Part shown: one piece after another, positions 26,980 to 35,738 of the stretch | Layout: each line of letters begins with the position of its first letter | Position numbering within the stretch: position 1 is the first letter of the stretch | NCBI GenBank assembly: GCA_963709905.1 | Contig: CAVPYI010000018.1 | Location: 223,300-287,299 of the forward strand | DNA from: an uncultured Gemmatimonadales bacterium | GTDB taxonomy: Bacteria; Gemmatimonadota; Gemmatimonadetes; Gemmatimonadales; GWC2-71-9 | Direction of reading: 5' to 3' | DNA: 64,000 bases | The notes under the pieces: generated by a model | What the model was told of the DNA's origin: nothing | The model's input: the letters and a program-made list of their open reading frames with translations, nothing else | The model's database searches: none | Program-made: the position numbers and the translations under genes

Positions 26980-28311
26980 CTAACGGCTCCCGTAATACAA
27001 CTCCGGCAGCCAGAGCGCGATCTCCGGGAAGATGATGACCAGGCCCAGCCCCAGCGATCATGAGCAGCACGAACGGGATGATCGAGCGGTAGATGTCGAC
27101 CAGCGTGATTTCCGGGGGCGCCATCGCCCGCATCAGGAACAGGTTGTATCCGAAGGGCGGCGTCATGTAGGCGATCTGGCAGGTGATGGTGTAGAGCACG
27201 CCGTACCAGATCGGGTTGAATCCCAGGGAGATGATCAGCGGCACGTACAGCGGCGCCACGATGATCAGCATGGCGGTGTCGTCGAGGAACGTGCCCATGA
27301 TGATGTAGGTCAGCTGCATCAGCACCAGCACCTGCCAGGGCTCGAGACCCCACTTCTCGAGGAACAGGCTTTCGATCGCCTTCACCGCGCCCAGGCCGTC
27401 GAAGACCGCGCCGAAGGCCAGCGCCGCCAGGATGATCCACATGAACATGCAGCTCACGACCAGGCTCTTGCGGAGGGTGTCTTCCATCACCTTCCGGGTG
27501 ATGCGGCCCTTGTACCAGGCGACCAAGCGTGGCCATGGCCGCACCGACGGCGGAACATTCCACCATGCTGGTGACGCCCATCAGGAACAGCCCGGTCATG
27601 GAGAAGATGATGAGCAGCGGCAGGATGCCGGCCCGGAGCAGGCGGATGCGCTCTCCCCAGGAGATCTGCTGCCGTTCCTCCAGCGGCAGGGGCGGCCCCA
27701 GCTCCGGCTGGAGCCAGCAGCGGATCAGGATGTACGCGACGAACAGCGCGGCCAGCAGCAGCCCCGGCATGACCCCGGCCAGCCAGAGCTGGCCCACCGG
27801 CTGCCGGGCGATCATGCCGTAGAGCACGAGCACGACGCTGGGCGGGATCATGATGCCGAGCGAGCTGCCGGCCTGGATGACCCCGGTCACCATGATCTTG
27901 TCGTAGCCGCGCTTGAGCAGCTCCGGCATGGCGACGCTGGCGCCGATCGCCAGGCCCGCCACGCTCAGGCCGTTCATGGCCGAGATCGCCACCATGAGCA
28001 GCACCGTGCCGATGGCCAGCCCGCCGCGCATCGGACCGGTCCAGACGTGGAACATGCGGTAGAGATCGCCCGCGATGCCGGACTCGGACAGCATGTAGCC
28101 CATGTAGACGAACATCGGGCAGGGTCAGCAGCGGATACCAGTTCAGCAGGGTGATGGTCGAGGCGAACGGCATCTCGACGGCGCCCTTCCCCCACAGCGC
28201 CAGGGCGAAGACCGTGGCCACGAAGCCGATGGCGCCGAAGACCCGCTGCCCGGTGAGCAGCATCAGCATCATCATCGAGAACATCAGCAGGGCGATCGCC
28301 TCGTAACTCAT
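26980..28311 (-). pseudogene. dctM: TRAP transporter large permease DctM, interrupted by 3 frameshifts (pseudogene or assembly indels)
   Basis: DctM-like sequence is spread over ORFs 27487..28842 (MSYEAIALLMFSMMML...), 26847..28115 (MFVYMGYMLSESGIAGDLYRMF...) and 26861..27544 (...LFLMRAMAPPEITLVDIYRSIIPFVLLMIAG), plus a fourth frame giving LGLVIIFPEIALWLPELYYGSR*. The shifts lie near 28117, 27524 and 27055. The first and last sit in G/C homopolymer runs. Confidence 0.8.
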
Positions 28312-28842
28312 GCGATCTCCTTCCCGGTGACCTTGGCGAGGTCCCTGAAGAAGATGGCGATCGCCTGCAGCAGCATCAGCACGATGCCCACGGTCATGAT
28401 GATCTTGATCGGGGCCATCGGCGGCGCCCACGCGGAATAGTTCGTCTGCCCGTACTTGAGCGCGTAGGCGGAGCTCGAGATCCCGCCGTACACCAGATAC
28501 ACCAGGTAGAAGACCAGGCAGAAGGCGGTGATCGAATCCACGAACGCCCGGGTCTTCGGCGGTCCAGCGTTCATACGCCACGTCCATCCGGACGTGCGCG
28601 TCCAGTTGCATGGAATAGCCGCCACCGAGCAGGTAGTAGGCGGCCATCAGGAACTGCGACATCTCGATGATCCAGAGGAACGGCACGTTGAAGACGTATC
28701 GCGAGATCGAGCCGAACAGCAGCACGCCCATCATCACCAGGGCCAGGTACATGACGAAGACGCCGACGACGCGGTTGATCGCATCGACGTAGCGGACATA
28801 GGCCTTGATGACGTTGGGCATTGCCGGTTCGCTCCTGGTCAC
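28308..28842 (-). pseudogene. dctQ: TRAP transporter small permease DctQ, 1 frameshift near 28563
   Basis: The N-terminal half (VIKAYVRYVDAINRVVGVFVMYLAL...HVRMDVAYERW) and the C-terminal half (PPKTRAFVDSITAFCLVFYLVYLVYGG...) are in different frames. The stop overlaps the dctM start (ATGA). Confidence 0.75.
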
Positions 28843-28947
28843 CCGCGCGGGTGGTCAGCCGAGGCCGCGGACCGCAGGGCGGTGCTTCCCCGGCCCGGAC
28901 ATGGGCCGGGGAAGACCCCCGCCATTCGCTCTCGATTCCGACCGCGA

Positions 28948-30025
28948 TCAACTGTAGCGATACGGAGGACCGGCCTTCTTCATGAGGTCGTTGTAGTCCT
29001 TGAAGATCTGGATCACCTTGGCGCACCGGGGGCTGGTCTTGGCGATCTCGTCCCAGAACTTGAGCGCCTCCGCCTCGACCGTCGCCCATTCGGCGTCCGG
29101 GATCGTCGTCAGCTGCATCTTCTCGCCCTTCACGCGCAGCTGCGCCTCGCCGGCCCAGTACCAGTGCTGGCGGTAGTAGTGGGAGCTGTCGATGCACAGC
29201 CGGAACAGGGTCTTGAGGTGCTCGGGCACCTTGTCCCAGGCGTCGGTGTTGGCGAAATACGAGCCGATCCAGGCGCCGGAGATGTTGTTGGTGAGGAAGT
29301 ACGGCGTCACGTTGGCCCAGCCCACCGTGTAGTCCTCGGTGATGCCGGACCAGGCGATCCCGTCCAGCTCGCCGGTCTGGACCGCCACCTCGACGTCGCC
29401 CCAGGGCAGCGTGACCGGCACCACGCCGAAGCGCGCCAGGAACTTGCCGGCGGTCGGGAAGGTGAACACCCGCAGGCCCTTGAGGTCCGCGAGCCGCCTG
29501 ATCGGCTTCCGGGTGTTGAAGTTGCAGGGATCCCAGGAGCCGGCGCTGAGCCAGGTCACGCCCTCGACCTCGTTGTAGGCCTCCTCCCAGATCTCGTTCA
29601 GGCCGTGCTTGTGAAACAGCGCGGGGACATCCAGGCTGTAGCGGGTCGCGAACGGGAAGTACCCGCCGAACACGCGCGACATCGGCCGGGGCCGCGATGG
29701 AATCGTCGTCACTCTGCACCGCGTCGATGGTGCCGGCCTGCATGGCCCGGAACAGCTCGCCGGTCGGGACCAGCTGATCGGCGAAATACAGCTCGATCAC
29801 CATCTCGCCGTTGGCGGCCTTGTTGAAGGCGTCGATGGACGGCTTGATGACGTGCTCGGCCAGGGCCGGACCGGCATAGGTCTGGAGTCGCCACTTGATC
29901 GCGGTCTTCTTCGCGGTCGAGACCGCGGGGCCACCGCCTTCGCCCGGGCCGCAGGCGGCCAGCACGGCCGGCGAGGCCGCACCGGCGGCCAGAGCCGCCG
30001 TTTTCAGGAACGATCGTCGCAGCAT
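28948..30025 (-). pseudogene. dctP: TRAP transporter solute-binding protein DctP (Tat-type signal), 1 frameshift near 29685
   Basis: N-terminus MLRRSFLKTAALAAGAAS...KWRLQTYAGPAL...GTIDAVQSDDDSI is in one frame. SRVFGGYFPFATRYSLDVPALF...KKAGPPYRYS is in another. Confidence 0.8.
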
Positions 30026-30262
30026 CGTGGCTCTCCTTGAGGTAGTAGCAGGTCACCTGAGGTTCATCCTACGGCGTGCCGCCTGCCGGGCGCGGCACTG
30101 GGCCATGCACGGCAGGAGCACAGTACTGTCTCCCCGGCTTGCCGGGAGAAATCCCTTCGGGCGGGCGCAGCCCACCCCCACAACGTCGTCGGAAAAGGAG
30201 GGTCTTCGTCCCGGCCAACGTACCGGCCGGAGGCTTGGGTGTCCACCCCGGGCGGTTGGGCG

Positions 30263-30397
30263 GGCGGACGGGACGGACAGGGCGGACAGGGCGGACAGGG
30301 CGGACAGGACGGACAAGGCGGACAAGGCGGACAAGGCGGACAGGGCGGACAGGACGGACAAGACGGACAAGACGGACAAGGCGGACAGGACGGACAG
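30263..30397. repeat. About 15 tandem GRCGGACAR nonamers
   Basis: Read directly. Same unit and orientation as at 25522 and 26704. Confidence 0.9.
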
Positions 30398-30413
30398 GGC
30401 GGGCGCGACGGTC

Positions 30414-30448
30414 GGTTGGAGGCGAACGGCTAATGGCGAACGGCTGAC
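30414..30448. repeat. Five tandem heptamers: GGTTGGA, GGCGAAC, GGCTAAT, GGCGAAC, GGCTGAC
   Basis: Same GGYTGGA-led heptamer block as at 25793 and 26838. Confidence 0.8.
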
Positions 30449-30516
30449 AACCTAACGAGGAACCCCATGGGCCAACCATCGGCCTACGGGATTCCTCGTT
30501 TTGTGTGCCCCAAGAA

Positions 30517-30572
30517 CTGGGCCCTCGGCCCTGGGCACTGGGCCCTCGGTATTCGGTACCCGGTACTTCTCA
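30517..30572. repeat. Eight heptamers drifting from CTGGGCC/CTCGGCC to TTCGGTA to CTTCTCA
   Basis: The unit drifts from the revcomp GGGCCCA type to the CTTCTCA type seen at 24291. The last unit overlaps the stop codon of the minus-strand ORF at 30570-30572. Confidence 0.7.
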
Positions 30573-31244
30573 CGCGGCCGGCGCGGCGCCGGCATTTGAC
30601 GTCGCTGGCGGGGCCGAGATCGGCCAGGGGACATTGCGGGCGCTCTTCCAGGCCGCCTGCAATTCGGGGTTGTCCCGGTACTTGAGGGAATAGAGCGCGT
30701 CGAGATGGCGCACGACTTCCATTATGTCATCGGCCACCTCGTCGAGTTCGGCCCGGGCCCCGACGTGGGCAGCCCGGGAGTTGTCCTTCACGCTCACCGC
30801 CCGTTCGTACCGTCCCAGGTTCTCGGCGATGCGAGCCAGCAGATCCTCCGGCATGGCGTAGCCGAGCAGAACGTCCACGGCGCCCTGGGCCTGGGCCAGG
30901 GCCGACCGGGCCGTGGCGAGAAATACCTGATGACTGACGGTGGCGTACGGCAGCGAGAACCGGATGCCGATTTCCGGCTGCGCGGTGGCCGCCGTGGTGG
31001 CGAGCCTGTGCAGCGACTCGAGATCGAGCCGGATGAGCCGGCGGATGTTGGCCTTTTCGATCACCGAGGACTTGACGCCCAGCGTGCCGAAGCGGTGCTG
31101 CTGGGCGAGGGTGCCGCCACGGTCGTTGAGCCCGACCAGGCGTTCGACCACCGAGGTTCCGGCGGACGTATCCAGTGGATGGAGTCGACAGAATTCCTCG
31201 ACCGTGCCACCGGTGTCCAGCTTGAGGCGTGTTTGCGTGCGCAT
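30570..31244 (-). CDS. Hypothetical protein (about 224 aa), mostly helical, no family recognised
   Basis: Reasonable amino-acid composition and GC3. ATG at 31244 preceded by gaagggga. Flanked by repeats and non-coding DNA. Confidence 0.5.
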   Translation of the reverse strand: MRTQTRLKLDTGGTVEEFCRLHPLDTSAGTSVVERLVGLNDRGGTLAQQHRFGTLGVKSSVIEKANIRRLIRLDLESLHRLATTAATAQPEIGIRFSLPYATVSHQVFLATARSALAQAQGAVDVLLGYAMPEDLLARIAENLGRYERAVSVKDNSRAAHVGARAELDEVADDIMEVVRHLDALYSLKYRDNPELQAAWKSARNVPWPISAPPATSNAGAAPAA

Positions 31245-31658
31245 ACAGATATCCCCTTCCGGTTGAAGTTCGACCAGCACCTCCAGTGAATGTTCCGCGG
31301 CCCATGAGGGGGCAACGGTCCTGCGCCGATCGGCGCCTCATCACCGCTCGGCGACAGGGGTGGAGATACAAGCGGCGTGCCAGCACCGCTATCACTCTCG
31401 TTAGGTGTGTGCCATGCGCCACTGGACAAGCAGGGGTCACTCTTCGGTGGGTGATGGCGCGGCGGATTAGGTGTTGGGATTACGGGAGTTAGTGGCTGGT
31501 CGGGCGGAAGTGCCGAACACCGGGGTGCGGCGGGTTGAGGTTCCCCGAGAACGGGTAGTCGGTGTTCCGTGAGTGCATGGGGGGCGGGTGGAACGTTCCC
31601 TGGAGGTGACAGTCGGTGATCCCGGTGAGGCGATCAATGGCTGCGGATGACCGTTCAG

Positions 31659-31771
31659 GTGAGTGGTACGAGGGGTAAGCGGCTGACGGTGAGCGGTAGG
31701 CGGTGAGTGGTGACCGGCCGGCGGGTGAGGGTGAGCGGTAAGCGTTGAACGGTGAGCGGTCGGCGGGTGAG
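31659..31771. repeat. About 16 degenerate GGTGAGC-type heptamers inside a G-rich tract
   Basis: ggctgac ggtgagc ggtaggc ggtgagt ggtgacc ggccggc gggtgag ggtgagc ggtaagc gttgaac ggtgagc ggtcggc gggtgag. Confidence 0.6.
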
Positions 31772-32639
31772 GATGCCTGGGAAGTTGCTAAGGGCGGGGT
31801 GGCAAGCTGCGAAAGACGAGCGATAGGTGACTGGGGAGGACCGATCAGAGCTTGGGGGCGGGTGGTTGGCGACTCTTATGCAGGGTGCGGGCGGTTGATG
31901 CAGTCGTAAGGCGGTGACGGAGAGCGGGAAGCGGTGGAGGAGGAGCGGTTTGCCTTCATATGAGTGCGGGGATGATGAGAGGTAATGTGGGCTATGGGGT
32001 CTGGTGGGTGGGGAACGGGTGGTTCGGGTGCGGAAGATGGGCCTGAGGAGGCTGTCGGGTTTCGGTCTCCTTCAGGGTGTCGCATTCTGTAACTGTGCCC
32101 TGACGAGACAGTCCCTCGCGCGCCATCACCACTCGCAGCAAAGTCACACAACCCCGATTGAAACTCCTATCCCGACCTTCCTCGAGAACGGCAAGAGCAC
32201 CTACCCGCCTCCGGCGTACACCATCAGCGACAAGTTCAGCACCTACCGCGCCGAGTTCCAGCGGAGCATCGGGGCGGTGACCGACTGCCGGATTCGAAGG
32301 CACTCGGCGCGCAGCCGATGCAACGATTCCGGCGGGAGAGGTCGCCCTGAACGGCATCGGCCTGAGCGATCAGCTCCGGTCGGGACAAAAACGTCAAGCG
32401 CGTCGTTGCTGGCGCTTCGGAACGGTCCCGAGGCGTGTTTCGCCTCGTGGAAGATCGTGACAGTGTTCAAGTAATGGCCGCGTTTTCATCACTGTTGTTC
32501 GGTCGCTCTTAGGAGCGAGTCCCGCACTGGTCATCACGAGCGATGGTAGCTGACTGCCCGCCCGACCACATTCTTCCACAGTGAAGATGCGGTATCGCAT
32601 CGCGTCGTGTCTGTCATCTGTGAGTGGAGAGTGGCGTTT

Positions 32640-33248
32640 ATGAAGGCAGTGATTTTCGGTGTGGTGCTCCTGTACCTCGCAGCCGGTGCAGCCCCGGCCG
32701 TCGCCCAGGCCGCGCCGGAAGGACTTCGCTCCGGCGACATTGTCCGGCTCAAGATCTGGCGTGAACCCGATCTCTCCGGCGACTTCCAGGTGGACGAGCA
32801 CGGGGACGTCGTCTTCCCCAGGATCGGACCGCTCTCGGTTACCTCACTCTCCGCCGATTCGCTCAAGCGGCTCCTGGTTCAGCGCTACACCGTGTATCTG
32901 CGGGATCCCGCGATCGACATCGTCCTCTTCCGCCGGGTGAACGTTCTCGGTGCCGTTCGCTCCCCCGGGCTATACCAGGCGGATCAGACCGAGACGATCG
33001 CTGACGTGCTGGCCCGGGCCGGCGGGGCAACCCCGGAAGGCAAGCCCGATCAGGTCCAGCTCCGCCGGAGTGGCGAAAGTCAGCCCGTGACCCTCGCGCG
33101 CGACACGCCCCTCTTCAGTTCCGGTGTGCGGTCGGGCGATCAGCTCTTCGTGCCCCAGCGAAGCTGGTTCGCCCGGAACAGCGGAACCCTCATCGGCGCC
33201 GGCATCACGGCCACCGCCATCATCACCGCGACTCTCATCAAGCCCTGA
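32640..33248 (+). CDS. Polysaccharide export protein (Wza-like: Poly_export + SLBB)
   Basis: Signal LLYLAAGAAPAVAQA. Motifs GDIVRLKIWREPDLSGDFQVDEHGDVVFPRIG and NVLGAVRSPGLY. Confidence 0.8.
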   Translation: MKAVIFGVVLLYLAAGAAPAVAQAAPEGLRSGDIVRLKIWREPDLSGDFQVDEHGDVVFPRIGPLSVTSLSADSLKRLLVQRYTVYLRDPAIDIVLFRRVNVLGAVRSPGLYQADQTETIADVLARAGGATPEGKPDQVQLRRSGESQPVTLARDTPLFSSGVRSGDQLFVPQRSWFARNSGTLIGAGITATAIITATLIKP

Positions 33249-33254
33249 GACCCC

Positions 33255-35738
33255 ATGGCCGGCCTGATTCCAGCGATTCCCGATTCGCATCTTCCGATGA
33301 CGGGAAGCCCCGCGCATCTCCCCGCACCCCCTGAGGTGGCCCTGTCGGACCTTAAGGGCCTCCTCTGGCGCCAGCGCTGGGTGATGGGAGCCTCCCTCGT
33401 CCTCGTCGTCGGACTCGTGGCACTCTACACCGCGTGGACGCGACCCGTCTTCGAAGCCTCGAGCATGCTCCGGTTCGAGCACGAACAGGTGAACCTGCCG
33501 CAGCTCGTGGAGCAACTCATCACCGAGAACCGCGTCAGCACCGAATTGGAGGTGCTGCAGGGGCGGTCGGCGGCGAGCGTCGTAATCGATTCCCTGGGCC
33601 TCCGGGCCGAGCTGGAGTCGCCCCGCAGGGGGCAGATCACCTCCCTCTTTCCGACCTTGCACGTGGATGCCCGCGCCGACACCGCGACCCTGATCTTCCA
33701 GGCGGATGGCGACAGCGGGTACGCCGCTTGGCGGAACGGGGACCACCGGAACGCCGTCTACGCCCGCTTCGGGGACCCGATCATCATCAACGGCGTCACC
33801 CTTGCGCTCTCCCCTGCGGCGATCGCGACGCCGAACCTTCGGTTGCACATCATTTCCGCCGATGCAGCACTGAAGCGGTTCCAGAAGGCGCTCCAAGTCA
33901 CCCGTCCGGCGCGCGACGCCGACCTGATCCAGGTGCGCATCGAGGCGAACGACCCCGAGATCGCCGCCCGGGCGGCCAACCTCCTGGCCGAGCACCTGAT
34001 TCGGTCCCGCCAGGCGGAGCTCCAGTATCGCACCGGACTCGCGGTGAACTTCCTGCACACGCAGGTGGATACGCTCCGCACCCAGCTCAGGAGCGCCGAG
34101 GACAGCCTGCAGCGTTTCCGCGAGCGGGCGAAGGCGGTGGATCCGGCCGAGCAAGCGAAGACGCAGGTCGGTCGCATGGCCCAGTTGGAAGCGGAACGCG
34201 GCGGTCTCGACGCCGAGCGAGGGGCGCTGGCCGCGGTCATGCAGAAGATCCAGCTCGAGGAGGTCGCCTCGCCTGGTGGCCCGTCGCCCTATCGCCGGCT
34301 CATCGGCTTTCCCTCGCTGCTGAAGAACCAGGCGGCCGGCGAGCTCCTCGGCACCCTGGACCACCTCGAGAACGAGCGCTCGGCCCTCCTTCGCCGGCGG
34401 ACCTGGCAGGATACCGACGTCCAGGCCCTGACCGTGCGCATCGCGGAGCTCGATCAGCAGCTCAAGGACATCGCGACGACCTATCTCGAGGGGATCACCA
34501 GTCAGGTGGCCGGGCTCGATCGCGTGGCCCACCAGTTCGGGCGGGCGCTCGATTCCCTCCCGCGCAAGGAAATCCAGGTCGCCCGCCTCGAGCGGGAGAC
34601 CGGCGTTCTCACCGCGCTCTACTCCTCGATGCAGACCCGTCTGAAGGAAGAGGAAGTCACCCAGGCGATGCAGGACCCCTCGGTCCGGATCGTGGACAGG
34701 GCCTACGCCGCGGACGAGCCCCTCCGACCCAGGCCCGCCATCAACCTGGCCATCTCGCTGGTGCTCGGGACGGTGCTCGGGCTCACCGTGTCGCTCGGGC
34801 GCGAGGTCTCCGACCGGTCGGTCCGCTCGCGTGCCGACGTGCTGCACGCCTCCGGCCTCCCGGTGCTGGGGGCTTTCCCCCGGGTGCCGGGCCACTTCGG
34901 TGGTGCGATGCGCCGCTTCAAGGGCAAGGCGAAGCCGCGCGCCATGGGGAGGGTCACCGGGATCAACGCGATGGGCCGTCCGGCCAGCGGAGCTTTCGGG
35001 GCGCCAGCGAGCGAGGAGGCAGCGGAACTGGCCCAGCGCCTGGTGCTGCAGGCCGATACCCCGGGCCCCTACGCGGAAGCCTTCAATCAGCTGCAGACCA
35101 ACCTGGGGCTCTCCTTCCAGGAAGATCCCCTGAAGGTGCTCGTCTTCACGAGCCCCCTCCCCGGCGAGGGGAAATCGCTCACGGCGATCAACTATGCGCT
35201 GACCGCCGCCGCCCGCGGCAAGAACGTGCTCCTGATCGATGCCGATACCCGCTGCGGCATCATCAACCAGGTCTTCGGGTGCACCCGCCAGCCCGGGCTG
35301 ACCGATCTCCTCGCGGACAAGGTGCGCTTCGAAGACGCCGTCCGCGGCGTCGTGGTGAACCGCACCACCTCCTTCGCGCTGCTGCCGACTGGCGGGCTCC
35401 TCACCGGGGCGTCACGCGAGCTGACCCTGGAGCGACTCAAGGCGGTCATCAGCGTCCTCCGCAACCAGTTCGACGTGGTCGTCATCGACAGCCCGCCGGT
35501 GAACATGCTTGCCGATGCCGCCCTGCTCGGATCCGTTTCCGATGGCGTGATTCTCGTGGCCCGGGCGCGGCAGACCCGGCGTGAGGCCCTCGCCTTCGCG
35601 ATGGACCAGCTGATCGCGGCCCGGGCGCCGGTGATCGGCACCCTGCTCAACGACATTGACCTCGAGCACGCACAGTACGACGACGGGAGCTACAAGTACC
35701 TGGCCGGGGTGGAGCAGTACCGTGCGGTTCACGCGTGA
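33255..35738 (+). CDS. Polysaccharide co-polymerase / tyrosine autokinase (Wzc-like, 827 aa)
   Basis: Wzz and GNVR-like periplasmic region. Walker A SPLPGEGKSLTA, DADTRCG and Walker B VVVIDSPPV. Tyr-rich C-terminus (QYDDGSYKYLAGVEQY). Confidence 0.9.
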   Translation: MAGLIPAIPDSHLPMTGSPAHLPAPPEVALSDLKGLLWRQRWVMGASLVLVVGLVALYTAWTRPVFEASSMLRFEHEQVNLPQLVEQLITENRVSTELEVLQGRSAASVVIDSLGLRAELESPRRGQITSLFPTLHVDARADTATLIFQADGDSGYAAWRNGDHRNAVYARFGDPIIINGVTLALSPAAIATPNLRLHIISADAALKRFQKALQVTRPARDADLIQVRIEANDPEIAARAANLLAEHLIRSRQAELQYRTGLAVNFLHTQVDTLRTQLRSAEDSLQRFRERAKAVDPAEQAKTQVGRMAQLEAERGGLDAERGALAAVMQKIQLEEVASPGGPSPYRRLIGFPSLLKNQAAGELLGTLDHLENERSALLRRRTWQDTDVQALTVRIAELDQQLKDIATTYLEGITSQVAGLDRVAHQFGRALDSLPRKEIQVARLERETGVLTALYSSMQTRLKEEEVTQAMQDPSVRIVDRAYAADEPLRPRPAINLAISLVLGTVLGLTVSLGREVSDRSVRSRADVLHASGLPVLGAFPRVPGHFGGAMRRFKGKAKPRAMGRVTGINAMGRPASGAFGAPASEEAAELAQRLVLQADTPGPYAEAFNQLQTNLGLSFQEDPLKVLVFTSPLPGEGKSLTAINYALTAAARGKNVLLIDADTRCGIINQVFGCTRQPGLTDLLADKVRFEDAVRGVVVNRTTSFALLPTGGLLTGASRELTLERLKAVISVLRNQFDVVVIDSPPVNMLADAALLGSVSDGVILVARARQTRREALAFAMDQLIAARAPVIGTLLNDIDLEHAQYDDGSYKYLAGVEQYRAVHA

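Noticed and set aside
25522-30448. Possible CRISPR array.
   Set aside because: The units are 7-9 nt and directly tandem, with no unique spacers. No cas genes are in the window.
25354-30479. ORFs reading through the tandem repeats, giving (LSA)n, (RTG)n or (GQG/GQD)n peptides. Examples: 25354..25593-, 25436..25693-, 26673..26864+, 30053..30379-, 30239..30433+.
   Set aside because: They exist only because 9-nt units keep a frame open. There are no start context, signal or flanking domains, and the heptamer parts break any frame. They were treated as non-coding repeats, not as collagen-like or repeat proteins.
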